A stretch of DNA of 64,000 bases from Candidatus Multivoradales bacterium (lineage in GTDB: Bacteria; Acidobacteriota; Thermoanaerobaculia; Multivoradales; J023). Made by a program: the position numbers and the translations under genes. The notes beneath the pieces were generated by a model. The model saw only the letters and a list, made by a program, of their open reading frames with translations. It ran no database searches and was not told where the DNA came from. Positions 31,305-40,462 of the stretch are shown here, one piece after another. The stretch covers positions 1,600,001-1,664,000 of the forward strand of contig CBDFLE010000006.1 in NCBI GenBank assembly GCA_965248925.1, given 5' to 3'. Within the stretch, counting starts at the first letter, position 1, and every line of letters begins with the position of its first letter.

Positions 31305-32324
31305 TACCGACAGCCGGCCAGCTTCGAGCTGGTAGGAGAGTCCGCTACCGGTCAGTGCCGAAATCACCGCTTCTTGCAGATTCTCGCCCACCGGTGGGCC
31401 ATAGATCTGGATCTCCGCCGCCAGCTCGGCCAAAGCCTGATCGGCGTAGTGCAGCTGCCAGCCGCCTTCGCGAGCCACCCAGGCGAGCACTTCGGCCAGC
31501 GACCGACCCTCGATCTCATAGCCCGGCCCCGCCACCACCACCCAATTCCAAGTCGGCCCGAAGGTCGGTACAGAACCGCGCACTACTGAGCCATCGGCCA
31601 GCACCGCCAACTGCTCACCCGCGGCAGCGGTATGTCGGTCATCAGCCAGCTCGAGTTCCACCCGTCCTTCGCGCACCCGGATCCGTAGTGAGCGGGTCGA
31701 CGCCATCAGCCGGACCTCGAATTGGGTGCCGATATCCCGCGCTGTGCCCAAGGCGGTGCGCACTTCGAACGCCGCACCCGCCACCGCTGAATCCAAGTAA
31801 ACCGCGCCCCGTTCGAGTTCGAACTCAGTCGCCGAGAGCAAGCGCAGCCGGCTACCCGCAGCGAGGCGCAGCGAGCCGCCAGCCGCCAGCCGCAGCGCCG
31901 TGTGAGCCACCGTCTGCGCCGCTGCCGCGGTCTCGATCAGCGTTCCGGCGACCAGCTCCACACCACCCTGTGCAACGGTCCCGGCACCGCCGTCGACGAA
32001 GAACGTAACCCCGCCCGCAACCCTCTCGACGGTGGCGACCGGCAAGCCAGAAGGCAGCAACCACCAGCGCCACAGACCACCGCCGAGCAGCAACAACAGC
32101 ATCGCTGCCAGCGCCAACAAGGCGCCGCGCCGGAAGCGATTGCGCTGCCTATTCGTCGCCACCGTGCGCCGCCACTCGGCATGCGCCGCCGCTTTCACCT
32201 GCGCCGCCACCGCGGCCGGCACCGGCGGTCTGGGACCGGCGAGATCCAGCAGTCGAGCGACCGCCCTATCCTCGCCTGGGGGAATATCAGCCAGAGATCT
32301 CGGTCCTTTGTATTGCTCGTTCAT
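31272..32324 (-). CDS. FecR-family anti-sigma factor
   Basis: TM helix, LERGAVY, RDIGTQFEVR, VREGRV; ATGA overlap with the ECF sigma stop. Confidence 0.88.
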   Translation of the reverse strand: MNEQYKGPRSLADIPPGEDRAVARLLDLAGPRPPVPAAVAAQVKAAAHAEWRRTVATNRQRNRFRRGALLALAAMLLLLLGGGLWRWWLLPSGLPVATVERVAGGVTFFVDGGAGTVAQGGVELVAGTLIETAAAAQTVAHTALRLAAGGSLRLAAGSRLRLLSATEFELERGAVYLDSAVAGAAFEVRTALGTARDIGTQFEVRLMASTRSLRIRVREGRVELELADDRHTAAAGEQLAVLADGSVVRGSVPTFGPTWNWVVVAGPGYEIEGRSLAEVLAWVAREGGWQLHYADQALAELAAEIQIYGPPVGENLQEAVISALTGSGLSYQLEAGRLSVSELPAETEGR

Positions 32325-32947
32325 GCTCCACTCCAAGCCGCGCAGCCACCGCCGATGGATGAAAAGGAATGTTGGAAAGCGCGCCGGGCGCGGGTCAGCA
32401 GCGATTCAGCAGCCTTCGGGCCAACTTCGAGCCGGCGAGCGATCTCCTTCACCGGCAACCCTTCCAGGTACTTCCATTCGAGAGCCTGGCCGTAGCGCGG
32501 CGGCAACTCGTCAAGCACCGCGTGGACGGCGGCGGCCACCTGCTTGCGTTCCAACGACTGCTCAGGGCCGTCGATGCCCGCGGCCAGCCCATCGAGCGCC
32601 GCCCGCACCTCCGGCGCTTCTTCGACCAGCTCCACTGCCGTCGGCGACCGGCGCAAACGACGGTAGTGACCGCTGATCTCGTAGCGGCAAATAGTAAACA
32701 ACCAGCCCGCCAGCGAAGAGTCGCCACGAAAGCCACGCAAATTGGCGATCGCCTTGCAGATCGCCGTCTGCACCACTTCGCGAGCCAACTCCGGGTCGCT
32801 CAGCCTGGCCAAGGCGAAACGGTAGAGACCCGGAAAGTGCCCCTCGAAGAAGTCCTCGAAAGCCGCTTCGTCTCCACCGAGCATGCGCTCGACCAAGGCC
32901 CGATCACCTGCCTCGGGCGGGCTCGGAGATTGCCGTGAGAATCGCAT
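32321..32947 (-). CDS. ECF sigma factor
   Basis: GDEAAFEDF, LYRFA, FRGDSSLAGWLFTICR, LPVKEIARRL..AESLLTRARRAF. Confidence 0.92.
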   Translation of the reverse strand: MRFSRQSPSPPEAGDRALVERMLGGDEAAFEDFFEGHFPGLYRFALARLSDPELAREVVQTAICKAIANLRGFRGDSSLAGWLFTICRYEISGHYRRLRRSPTAVELVEEAPEVRAALDGLAAGIDGPEQSLERKQVAAAVHAVLDELPPRYGQALEWKYLEGLPVKEIARRLEVGPKAAESLLTRARRAFQHSFSSIGGGCAAWSGA

Positions 32948-33130
32948 GTAGATATGGAGTCCAGCGTTTGGTGAATCCTTCGCCCGACTATTCGATCACT
33001 TTTTCGTCGCCAATGCGAGAAGGATCGCGGCCCAGCTGGACTCATCACAAACGCAGCCAAACCGGCTAATAGCCAGGCGGCGGCATGAGGACTAGAGAGA
33101 CCCTTACCGCGACCCAAGAAAGGAAAAGAG

Positions 33131-34207
33131 ATGAAGAACCTACCGCGAACCCAACAGCTCTGGAGCACTGTCTTGATTCTCGGCCTGCTGCTCCTGGCCC
33201 CGGCTCTACTGGCCCAGGACGACGAGTTCACCGACGAGTTCAACCGCGAGGGATGTACCTTCACCAGCACCGGCAACAACCCCTACTTCCCCCTCACGCC
33301 AGGCTACGTCTTGGACTACGAAGGTCAAGAAGAGGACGACGAGGGTGAGCTGGTGGATATCGCTCTGACCATTACCATCACGGCCGACACCGAGCTTGTT
33401 GATGGCGTCATGACCCGCGTCCTAGAAGAGGTCGAGAGCGAGGATGGTGAGTTGGTCGAGGTATCGCGCAACTTCATCGCCATGTGCCGCGAGACCGGCG
33501 ATCTCTGGTACTTCGGTGAAGATGTCGACGACTATGAAGACGGCGAGATCGTCGGCCACGAGGGGGCCTGGCGAGCAGGCCAGAACGGCGCCGCACCCGG
33601 CATCTTTCTCCTCGGCACACAGATTCTCGGCGCCCGCTACTTCCAAGAGGTGGCCCCCGGCATCGCTCTCGACCTGGCCGAAGTGATCAGCCTCGACGAG
33701 CAGCTCATCGTCCCCGCTGGCACCTTCGAAGACCTGCTTTTCATCGAAGAAGGCTCCGGCCTCGAACCCGATGCCGAAAGTAGTAAGTGGTATGCCCATG
33801 GTATCGGTCTAGTCAAGGACGACGATCTCGACTTGATCGGCATCACCCCACCCCCCTGCCAGCCCGGCGCCACCACCCACTGCCTGGCCGATGGCCGCTT
33901 CAAAGTTGAAGTGGCTTGGCAGCGAGCCAACGGCAACGAGGGCCTGGGCAACGCCCTCCTGGGCAACAATTCGAGTGGCGAATTCTGGTTCTTCGGCAGC
34001 GACAACACCGAGCTGTTGGTCAAAGTGCTCGATGCCTGTGACGGCACCTTCAACAGCTTCTGGGTATTCGCCGCCGGCTTGACCAACGTCGGTGTCACCT
34101 TGACCGTCACCGATACTCAGAGCGGCCAGATTCGCGAGTACGAGAACCTGATCGGCGCCGATTACCAGCCGGTCCTCGATACCCAAGCCTTCCAGACCTG
34201 CCCCTAG
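33131..34207 (+). CDS. Secreted acidic hypothetical protein
   Basis: Signal peptide; NPYFPL, WYFGEDV, WYAHGIGLVK; C-terminal CLADGRFKVEV..FWFF..NTELLVKVLDAC..FWVFAAGLTNV module. Confidence 0.75.
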   Translation: MKNLPRTQQLWSTVLILGLLLLAPALLAQDDEFTDEFNREGCTFTSTGNNPYFPLTPGYVLDYEGQEEDDEGELVDIALTITITADTELVDGVMTRVLEEVESEDGELVEVSRNFIAMCRETGDLWYFGEDVDDYEDGEIVGHEGAWRAGQNGAAPGIFLLGTQILGARYFQEVAPGIALDLAEVISLDEQLIVPAGTFEDLLFIEEGSGLEPDAESSKWYAHGIGLVKDDDLDLIGITPPPCQPGATTHCLADGRFKVEVAWQRANGNEGLGNALLGNNSSGEFWFFGSDNTELLVKVLDACDGTFNSFWVFAAGLTNVGVTLTVTDTQSGQIREYENLIGADYQPVLDTQAFQTCP

Positions 34208-34310
34208 CCGCCCGCCTGGCCCCCAGGACAGGGCGGGTGCGTCTGATCACCGGCGTACCCGCCCCTTTCCTTCCACATTGCTACCAGGGCCATGGGGGAT
34301 CCGCAGCCAG

Positions 34311-36011
34311 CTAGGAGCACTCGTCCGGAATGCCGTCAAGGTCGAGATCGAGAGATTTCTTGCGGTAAATATCGGTCCAGTCCGGAATGCGGTTGCCGTT
34401 GCAGTCCTTGGCCGTCGGATCAGGCTCGGTCTTCTCTTGCAGCAAGGTCAGTGGGCCGGTGTTCTTGGCCACCATGAGAATCTCAGTCTGGGCGGTGGGC
34501 AAACGATCATGACCCTCGGAGAAGACCTCCCAATTGTCGGCCAGGAACGTCCCGCGATCGGGAATCCGCAGCGGTGCGATGGTCGTCGCACCGCCAGTGA
34601 CAATGATGTTGCCACAGCGGTCCAGGCGGCAATCCTCGCCGCTAATATCGATCACTTGGGTCCAGAAGCTACCCTCCGGAAGACCCGTTTCGTCGGCCAC
34701 CAAATAGGCACCGTTGTAGAGCATGATGCGGTAGCTCTCGGTGTTGAGGTACGAGAAATCGGTCTTCAAGCGCAGCATCGGCCCCTCCTCGGTCATTTCA
34801 TTGCTGATCCTGAAGAAAGAAAACCGCTGCCCCGGCTGGCCATCGACGATGCCCGTCTGGTAGGTCACCAGTGACGCTCCTGGAGCACTCAAGGAGAAGT
34901 TGGGAGAAACTAGTCGAGTATCCATGTCGAGGGTCTCGGGCACATACTGCAGCAGCCGCATCTGCGAGCCAGTACCATCGATCTTCAGCACCTCTTGACT
35001 ACCGTGCTGCTCCAGAGTAAGCGTAACGTTCCGGCTAGCGGTGTTGAGGAAGCCGTCGAAAGTACAGGCATTGTTGCCGATCACCGCATTGGGCATCGCT
35101 GGCTTCCAGGCCAGATCACATTCGTCCGGTACCCGATTGCTGAGCACGTTGAGCGAAGCGCCGCTGGCGATATCACCATAATCCGGCAGACCATTGCGGT
35201 TGCAGTCTTTGGCGTTAGGCGGCGGGATCGTGGTTTCCTTCAGAATCTGCAGCTCATCCAGGTTACTGGCCACCATCTCGATCGAAGTCTGCACCAGCGG
35301 CTGACGGCTATGACCCGCAGAGAAAATCTCCCAGTTGTCGGCCAAGAACTCGCCCACCCCAGTGATGGTGAAGATCGTCGGGTCCGGCAGATCGCCGGTG
35401 ATGATGATGTTCCCATCGTCGTCAATGTTGCAGTCCTCGCCGCTGATGTCGCCGATCGGAATCGACATATGTCCACGCCGCAGGCCAGCAGCGTCAGCAA
35501 CCAGCGAGTCGCCATTGTAGAGCTTGATGCGATAGGACTTTGCGCCGATGAACGAGTAGTTGGCTTCGAGATCCAAACGGGTGCCCCGATTGTCGACCGA
35601 GAAGGACGAGAAAACCTGGTCCACCAGGCCGTCAACCGTTCCCCGCTGTATGGTCAACAAGCTCGCTCCGCGACGGCTCAAGGAGAAGTTAGGAGTCACC
35701 AGACGGGTATCCATGTCGATCGAATTGGGCACGTACTGAGTAACTCCAAAGGGCGCTTCAGGGTTCATGTTCTTCACCCGCAGCACCTCCGTAAGCTGCC
35801 CTGACGGCGACGGCACAGAAAGCAGTGAAAGCTCACTCCCCCCAGTGCTGACATTGAGGAATCCCGAGAAGGTACATCTCGTGGCATCGAGGCATTTGTT
35901 GGGCAACACGGGTTCGGGCTGAACGGTGATGATGGCTAGGCTAGGATTAGCGAGCACCGCAGATAGTAGAAATCCAAGGATAGTGAGGTTAATCGATCTC
36001 GTTTTCATCAT
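34311..36011 (-). CDS. Secreted protein with two tandem ~255-aa repeats
   Basis: Signal peptide; CTFxGFLN..QYVP..DMDTRLV.PNFSLS..SYRI.LYNG..DISGEDC..FLADNWE.FS..AKDCNxNxxPD occurs twice. Confidence 0.75.
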   Translation of the reverse strand: MMKTRSINLTILGFLLSAVLANPSLAIITVQPEPVLPNKCLDATRCTFSGFLNVSTGGSELSLLSVPSPSGQLTEVLRVKNMNPEAPFGVTQYVPNSIDMDTRLVTPNFSLSRRGASLLTIQRGTVDGLVDQVFSSFSVDNRGTRLDLEANYSFIGAKSYRIKLYNGDSLVADAAGLRRGHMSIPIGDISGEDCNIDDDGNIIITGDLPDPTIFTITGVGEFLADNWEIFSAGHSRQPLVQTSIEMVASNLDELQILKETTIPPPNAKDCNRNGLPDYGDIASGASLNVLSNRVPDECDLAWKPAMPNAVIGNNACTFDGFLNTASRNVTLTLEQHGSQEVLKIDGTGSQMRLLQYVPETLDMDTRLVSPNFSLSAPGASLVTYQTGIVDGQPGQRFSFFRISNEMTEEGPMLRLKTDFSYLNTESYRIMLYNGAYLVADETGLPEGSFWTQVIDISGEDCRLDRCGNIIVTGGATTIAPLRIPDRGTFLADNWEVFSEGHDRLPTAQTEILMVAKNTGPLTLLQEKTEPDPTAKDCNGNRIPDWTDIYRKKSLDLDLDGIPDECS

Positions 36012-36327
36012 TCATCATCTCCAGAAACTAGAAAGATCGCACATGGCCATTTCACCCTAGGGAATAGGCCGGAGGAACATAGTTCGGAATGGGCCCGCCT
36101 GACGATTGACTGACTTACAGTGCGAACGTCGGCAGGCAGCCGCCAAAGAGATCTCGCTTTGACGGGAGTAAGGGCGGCGCTCTGGCCTGCCGCGGCAACG
36201 CACTCTCGATGAGGCGATGTTGCAAGGAGCCTCCCAAGTCTGAGAACGAATTCTCGAACAAAATTAGTACATTTCGACATGCAACTATACGAAGGTCCGC
36301 CATTCCGGTCAAGAGAAAAAACCTATT

Positions 36328-36353
36328 AAACCCTGCACCAAGGTGAAAGGTTT
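36328..36353. promoter_or_regulatory. MerR-type dyad (upstream copy)
   Basis: AAACCCTGCACC-AA-GGTGAAAGGTTT, 10/12 symmetric, similar to the dyad in the merR promoter. Confidence 0.45.
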
Positions 36354-36492
36354 AGCAGCAAGATATTGACACCACTGCGCTTAGCCGGTGAGTGGTAAGC
36401 CCTGGGAGTTTGTAGGCACGCATGGCAGGTGTTCGACTTCGACAACCGAGCCAGCAGGCTCACCTGGCGCTCCTACGGGAAGTTCACGCCCC

Positions 36493-36524
36493 TTGACTCT
36501 GCATCTAGGTATAGGGTTTAAACT
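36493..36524 (+). promoter_or_regulatory. MerR-family long-spacer promoter/operator
   Basis: TTGACT, 20 bp, TAAACT, containing the imperfect dyad ACTCTGCATCT/AGGTATAGGGT; ATG follows at 36532. Confidence 0.7.
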
Positions 36525-36531
36525 AGGGGTC

Positions 36532-36942
36532 ATGCCTGGATTGACCATCGGCAAGCTAGCGCAGCGGGCTGGGATCGCGGTCCAGACCATCCGCTTCTAT
36601 GAGCGGCGCGGCCTGATCCCGGACCCACCGAGGAAGGCTTCGGGCTATCGTCAGTATCCAGCGGGGACTCTGCGCCGCCTGCGCTTCATCCGCCGCGCCA
36701 AAGAGCTGGGATTCTCCTTGCGCGAAATCGAGGAGCTACTCGCCCTACGGCTGGAGCCGACCACCCCCTGCGCCGCGGTGCAGCGGCAGATCGGCGGCAA
36801 GCTGCAAGACGTGCAGGAACGGATTCGTGATCTGCAGCGCATGGGACGCGCCCTCGAGGAGCTACACACCCTGTGCGAGACCAACGATCCGTTGGGCGAT
36901 TGCCCGATTCTCGATCTGCTGGAGCAGACCGGCAATGAATGA
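36532..36942 (+). CDS. MerR-family heavy-metal regulator (MerR/ZntR/CadR-like)
   Basis: LTIGKLA..TIRFYERRGL, SGYRQY, RAKELGFSLREI, three metal cysteines (TPC..LC..DCPIL). Confidence 0.93.
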   Translation: MPGLTIGKLAQRAGIAVQTIRFYERRGLIPDPPRKASGYRQYPAGTLRRLRFIRRAKELGFSLREIEELLALRLEPTTPCAAVQRQIGGKLQDVQERIRDLQRMGRALEELHTLCETNDPLGDCPILDLLEQTGNE

Positions 36943-36984
36943 CTACAGAAGCACCGCCAGGAACTTGCTGCGAGGAATCCCTGG

Positions 36985-37458
36985 ATGAGCGACGACTGCT
37001 GTAGAGCACCGATGAGCAAGAACGGCAGCGGCCGCTGCCCGATCTCGGGAGGGGTCGGACAGTCGGTCAAGTGGACCACCATGGTGGCCCTCTCGGCGGT
37101 GCCGATTCCCCCCCGTCAGGCCATCTCGCTCTGTCTCGATATGGACTGCGAGGTGGTCTACTTCGGCGAGAGTGGCCTCGAGCTGCGGGGTGCCGACCTG
37201 CACACCGTCCCGGGTTTCAAAGTTGGCGGCGACAATCTGGTTTGCTACTGCTTCCAGCATTCTCGCTCGGCGATCGAGCAAGAGGTGCGGACCCTGGCCA
37301 GCAGCCCGACCTTCGACGAGATCCGCAAACAAGTGAAAGCGAAGAACTGCGCTTGCGAGGTGCGCAACCCGACCGGCAAGTGCTGCCTCAGAGACATCCA
37401 ACGAATTGTCGAGGAAACCTCGATGAAAGGAGCTGCCCCATGCCAGCGATCTGCCTGA
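36985..37458 (+). CDS. Cys-rich metallochaperone (CopZ N-terminal Zn/[2Fe-2S]-like)
   Basis: CP.SG, CLDMDCEVVYF, VCYCF, CACEVRNPTGKCC. Confidence 0.8.
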   Translation: MSDDCCRAPMSKNGSGRCPISGGVGQSVKWTTMVALSAVPIPPRQAISLCLDMDCEVVYFGESGLELRGADLHTVPGFKVGGDNLVCYCFQHSRSAIEQEVRTLASSPTFDEIRKQVKAKNCACEVRNPTGKCCLRDIQRIVEETSMKGAAPCQRSA

Positions 37459-37541
37459 TCTGCGGCGCCCTGGGTACTGCCTGCGGCGCCTTGTGTACCG
37501 CCTGCTGCGCCGTCGGTGCTGCCTTGTTCATCGCCCCCTAG
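37440..37541 (+). CDS. Putative 33-aa Cys-rich hydrophobic peptide
   Basis: AAAGGAG RBS 7 nt before ATG 37440; MPAICLICGALGTACGALCTACCAVGAALFIAP with six Cys. Confidence 0.5.
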   Translation: MPAICLICGALGTACGALCTACCAVGAALFIAP

Positions 37542-37559
37542 CCACTGCGAGCGTTGCCA

Positions 37560-37931
37560 ATGGCCAACCAACGCAATCTCCGGGCTTGGGGCGCGGCCTC
37601 CACCGGCGCTGGCGCCGCGGTGCTTGCCACCGCGGCGACGGCTTGCTGCGTTCCCATTCTCGCGCCCTTTCTGGTCAGCGTGCTGGGAGTCAGCGGCTCG
37701 ATCTGGGCCGCTGGCCTGAAACCCTACAGCCTGATCATTCTCGCCATCGCCGGCTTACTGCTGGGCTACGGGTTCTGGACCGTCTACCGCCGCCGAGCGC
37801 TGGTCGAGGGTGAGACTTGCGCCGCCAGGCCGCCGTTGATGGTGCGGCCAGTGCTGTGGTTCTCTGCCTTGCTGTGGCTCCTGGCCTTGGTCGCCAACAC
37901 CCTGCAATTACTCGCCTTGAGGAGTGGATAG
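37560..37931 (+). CDS. MerT/MerF-like metal transporter
   Basis: TM1 with ACCVP cysteine pair, LKPY, VYRR..ETC loop, three TM segments. Confidence 0.8.
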   Translation: MANQRNLRAWGAASTGAGAAVLATAATACCVPILAPFLVSVLGVSGSIWAAGLKPYSLIILAIAGLLLGYGFWTVYRRRALVEGETCAARPPLMVRPVLWFSALLWLLALVANTLQLLALRSG

Positions 37932-38543
37932 ATGGGAATAACACGAGTTCTCAAACTCGAACTGATCATCTTGGCGGTGATCGTCGCTACCCTTGCCCTG
38001 GTAGGTTTGGGCAGAACGCTGGCGTCATCCGCTAGCCAAGAAAGCGAACTGAGCTACGAGATCATCGATGCGGACTTGCAGCCCTTTCGCGAGTCCTTTA
38101 ACGCCGCCTCCGAGCATCTCCGCGCCGTCCTCCTGGTGGGCCCTACGTGAGGGGTCTGTCTTCGGGGGGTCTCCGAAGTCGACAAAGCGTTGGCCGCCGC
38201 CAACATTCCAAATCTCTCCGTTTTTGTCATCTCCTCCAGCCAGCTCGGCGCCAAAGAGAAACACGTCGCCAACGCGATGAAGCTGATGCAAGGTGGCCAC
38301 GTCCGCCACTACTGGGACGCTGACCGCCACGTCGGCACCGCCGTGCAGCCTCTGGTCGCCGGTCTCGACCAACCGGCCTGGGACTTCTGGATGCTCTACA
38401 AACCAGGTCAGACCTGGGGCGAGGAAACCCCCGAGCCAGATTGGTGGGAACACCAACTCGGCGACCTCAGCCGCGAGTTCAAACAGCGCCGGCTCGACGC
38501 TGAGCGATTTGCCGGCAAGGCCAAAGAGCTCGCCGGCCCTTAG
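37932..38543 (+). CDS. Membrane-anchored thioredoxin-like selenoprotein (UxxC)
   Basis: ORFs 37932-38150 and 38190-38543 are in frame; TGA 38148-38150 reads VGPT-U-GVC-LRG; SECIS-like hairpin directly downstream. Confidence 0.8.
38157..38184 (+). promoter_or_regulatory. Putative bacterial SECIS element
   Basis: CTTCGGGG-GGT-CTCCGAAG stem-loop with a G-starting loop 18 nt after the UGA. Confidence 0.65.
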
Positions 38544-38619
38544 GCCCGGCTCCCTGTGCGATGGGCGCGTCCGATACCACCTACGCACCCATCGATTCAC
38601 CTCTCTAGCGCGATAGGAC

Positions 38620-38653
38620 TTGATGACTATACGGCCAGGCCGTATAGTCATCA
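38620..38653 (+). promoter_or_regulatory. TA promoter inside a perfect 16-bp inverted repeat
   Basis: TGATGACTATACGGCC-A-GGCCGTATAGTCATCA (38621-38653) covering TTGATG-17-TATAGT; toxin ATG at 38657. Confidence 0.7.
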
Positions 38654-38656
38654 TCT

Positions 38657-38935
38657 ATGGAGTTGGAATGGGATGAGCACAAGCGGCATCGCAATCTGGC
38701 CAAGCATGGCGTGGATTTCCGCGACGCTGTACGGGTTTTCCTCGATCCGCATCTGCTTTGGGGATTCGATGATCGACATAGTGACCATGAAGACCGTTGG
38801 TGGAACCTCGGCATCACCGTGGGAGCGGTCCTGTTGGTCGTGACCACCGAGCGAGGCACCGTGCAACGCATCATTTCGGCAAGAAAGGCCACTCAAGATG
38901 AGCGAGCAGCGTATTACGAGAATCTCACTCGCTGA
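38657..38935 (+). CDS. brnT: BrnT-family toxin
   Basis: MELEWDEHK..NLAKHGVDF.DA..VF.DP..EDRW..RIISARKAT..ER. Confidence 0.92.
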   Translation: MELEWDEHKRHRNLAKHGVDFRDAVRVFLDPHLLWGFDDRHSDHEDRWWNLGITVGAVLLVVTTERGTVQRIISARKATQDERAAYYENLTR

Positions 38936-39275
38936 GCGAGGCGAGACCAAGACTTTGAAGGGCGAGACCGACTGGCATCGGCTGGACGCGATGGACGACC
39001 TGGAAGTTCGCCGAGCTGCCGAGAGCGACCCCGACGCGCAGCCCCTGACCGCTCGCCAGCTCGCCAGGGCTTGCAGAGTTCCAGAAGTCGACGTCCGGGA
39101 GGTCCGGCGACGGCGAAACATGTCCCAGGCAGCCTTTGCCAACAGCTACGGTCTGACGTTGGACGCGGTGCAGGACTGGGAACAAGGGCGGCGTCCTCCA
39201 AATCGGTATGCCAGGATATTGCTCGCGGTAATCGATAGAGAGCCAGAGGCTGTCAAGCGGGCTCTGACGGGTTAA
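38898..39275 (+). CDS. HTH (Xre) antitoxin
   Basis: TDWHRL..AAESDPDAQPL N-terminus, then MSQAAFANSYGL..VQDWEQGRR.P..ARILLAVI. Confidence 0.85.
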   Translation: MSEQRITRISLAERGETKTLKGETDWHRLDAMDDLEVRRAAESDPDAQPLTARQLARACRVPEVDVREVRRRRNMSQAAFANSYGLTLDAVQDWEQGRRPPNRYARILLAVIDREPEAVKRALTG

Positions 39276-39471
39276 TTGCCTGCGCCGTCGAAACATCGCG
39301 GGAGAAACTCGCCGACCCGAATCTCCAAGCGCGCGGGCAGGCCACTCGACGTCAACCCACGCCGCCGGCCAGAAAGCCGGTGTGCTACGGTTCTAGCTTC
39401 GCAAGATTGAAAGAACTCAATTCTCTGGAACTGGAGATCAAGGCTCGAGCCAGAGCTGAAAGGAATTTAGG

Positions 39472-40449
39472 ATGAGCTTTTTCGCCTTCCTTTTTGGATT
39501 GCTCGTCTATGTCGCCCTGGGCATTGGAGCGCGAGGTTTCTTCACCGTGCGGCCCAATGAACGGGCAGTAAAAACCTCTTTTGGCCGCGCCGAAAGACTT
39601 GAGGGAGCACCTAGCGGGGCTCCTGATCTCAGCGCTGAAGAGCAGGACCGCTACCGCTATCCGCAGCTCCGCGTCATCCCACCGGGCGGTCCCTATTTGA
39701 AGATGCCCTGGCAGCAGGTACATAAAGTGTCGGTGGCCACCCAAGCGGTCGATCTGGTGTGGGATCCGACCAAATCGCAGAACACCATCGAATCGGTGAC
39801 CAAGGACAACCTGACCACCGGCGTCAACGGCCAGCTGCGCTACCGGGTGAGCGAGAGCAACCTCTATCCCTACCTCTTTGGCGTCACCAGCCCGCTGGAA
39901 CATGTCATGGGCTTCTTCGTCTCGGTGCTGCGCGAAAGAATCTCCAATTTCGTCGACCCAAAAGGCGCCAGCCTGATCAGCGACAGCGAACTCGACGGCG
40001 ATGAGCAGCCGGCGGCGGAGCTTTCAGAAGGGGTATCGATCAACGATCTACGCAAGAACCTGCCATTGCTCAATCAGTACATGGAACAGCAATGTCATTC
40101 GACGGCCGGACGCTATGGCATCGAGCTAGACGCCGCCCTGGTGACCGAGATCGATCCGCCGTCTGAGGTCGACCACGCCCTATCGGCGATCAACTCGACC
40201 CGCAATCAGGTGGCGGCGGACATCTCCACTGCCCGCGCCGACGCCGAGCAGCAGATCACCCTGAGTGAGCGCGCCGTCGAGATCGCCCAAAACAACGCCG
40301 AGGCCGAGGTCGCGCCGCTGCGCGAGTTAGCTACCATCTTGTCGAAGATTAAAGATCAGGGGGGCTCGGCAGCGTTGGGAGCCTACCTGCGCAACATGCG
40401 CGTGCCCCTCTTCGAACGTGCCAACCGCGTCGTCATTACCAGCGACTGA
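39472..40449 (+). CDS. SPFH/band-7 protein
   Basis: N-terminal TM, FFTVRPNERAVKTSFG, TKDN, YGIELD..VTEIDPP, coiled-coil tail. Confidence 0.85.
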   Translation: MSFFAFLFGLLVYVALGIGARGFFTVRPNERAVKTSFGRAERLEGAPSGAPDLSAEEQDRYRYPQLRVIPPGGPYLKMPWQQVHKVSVATQAVDLVWDPTKSQNTIESVTKDNLTTGVNGQLRYRVSESNLYPYLFGVTSPLEHVMGFFVSVLRERISNFVDPKGASLISDSELDGDEQPAAELSEGVSINDLRKNLPLLNQYMEQQCHSTAGRYGIELDAALVTEIDPPSEVDHALSAINSTRNQVAADISTARADAEQQITLSERAVEIAQNNAEAEVAPLRELATILSKIKDQGGSAALGAYLRNMRVPLFERANRVVITSD

Positions 40450-40462
40450 GGGGACAATAACC

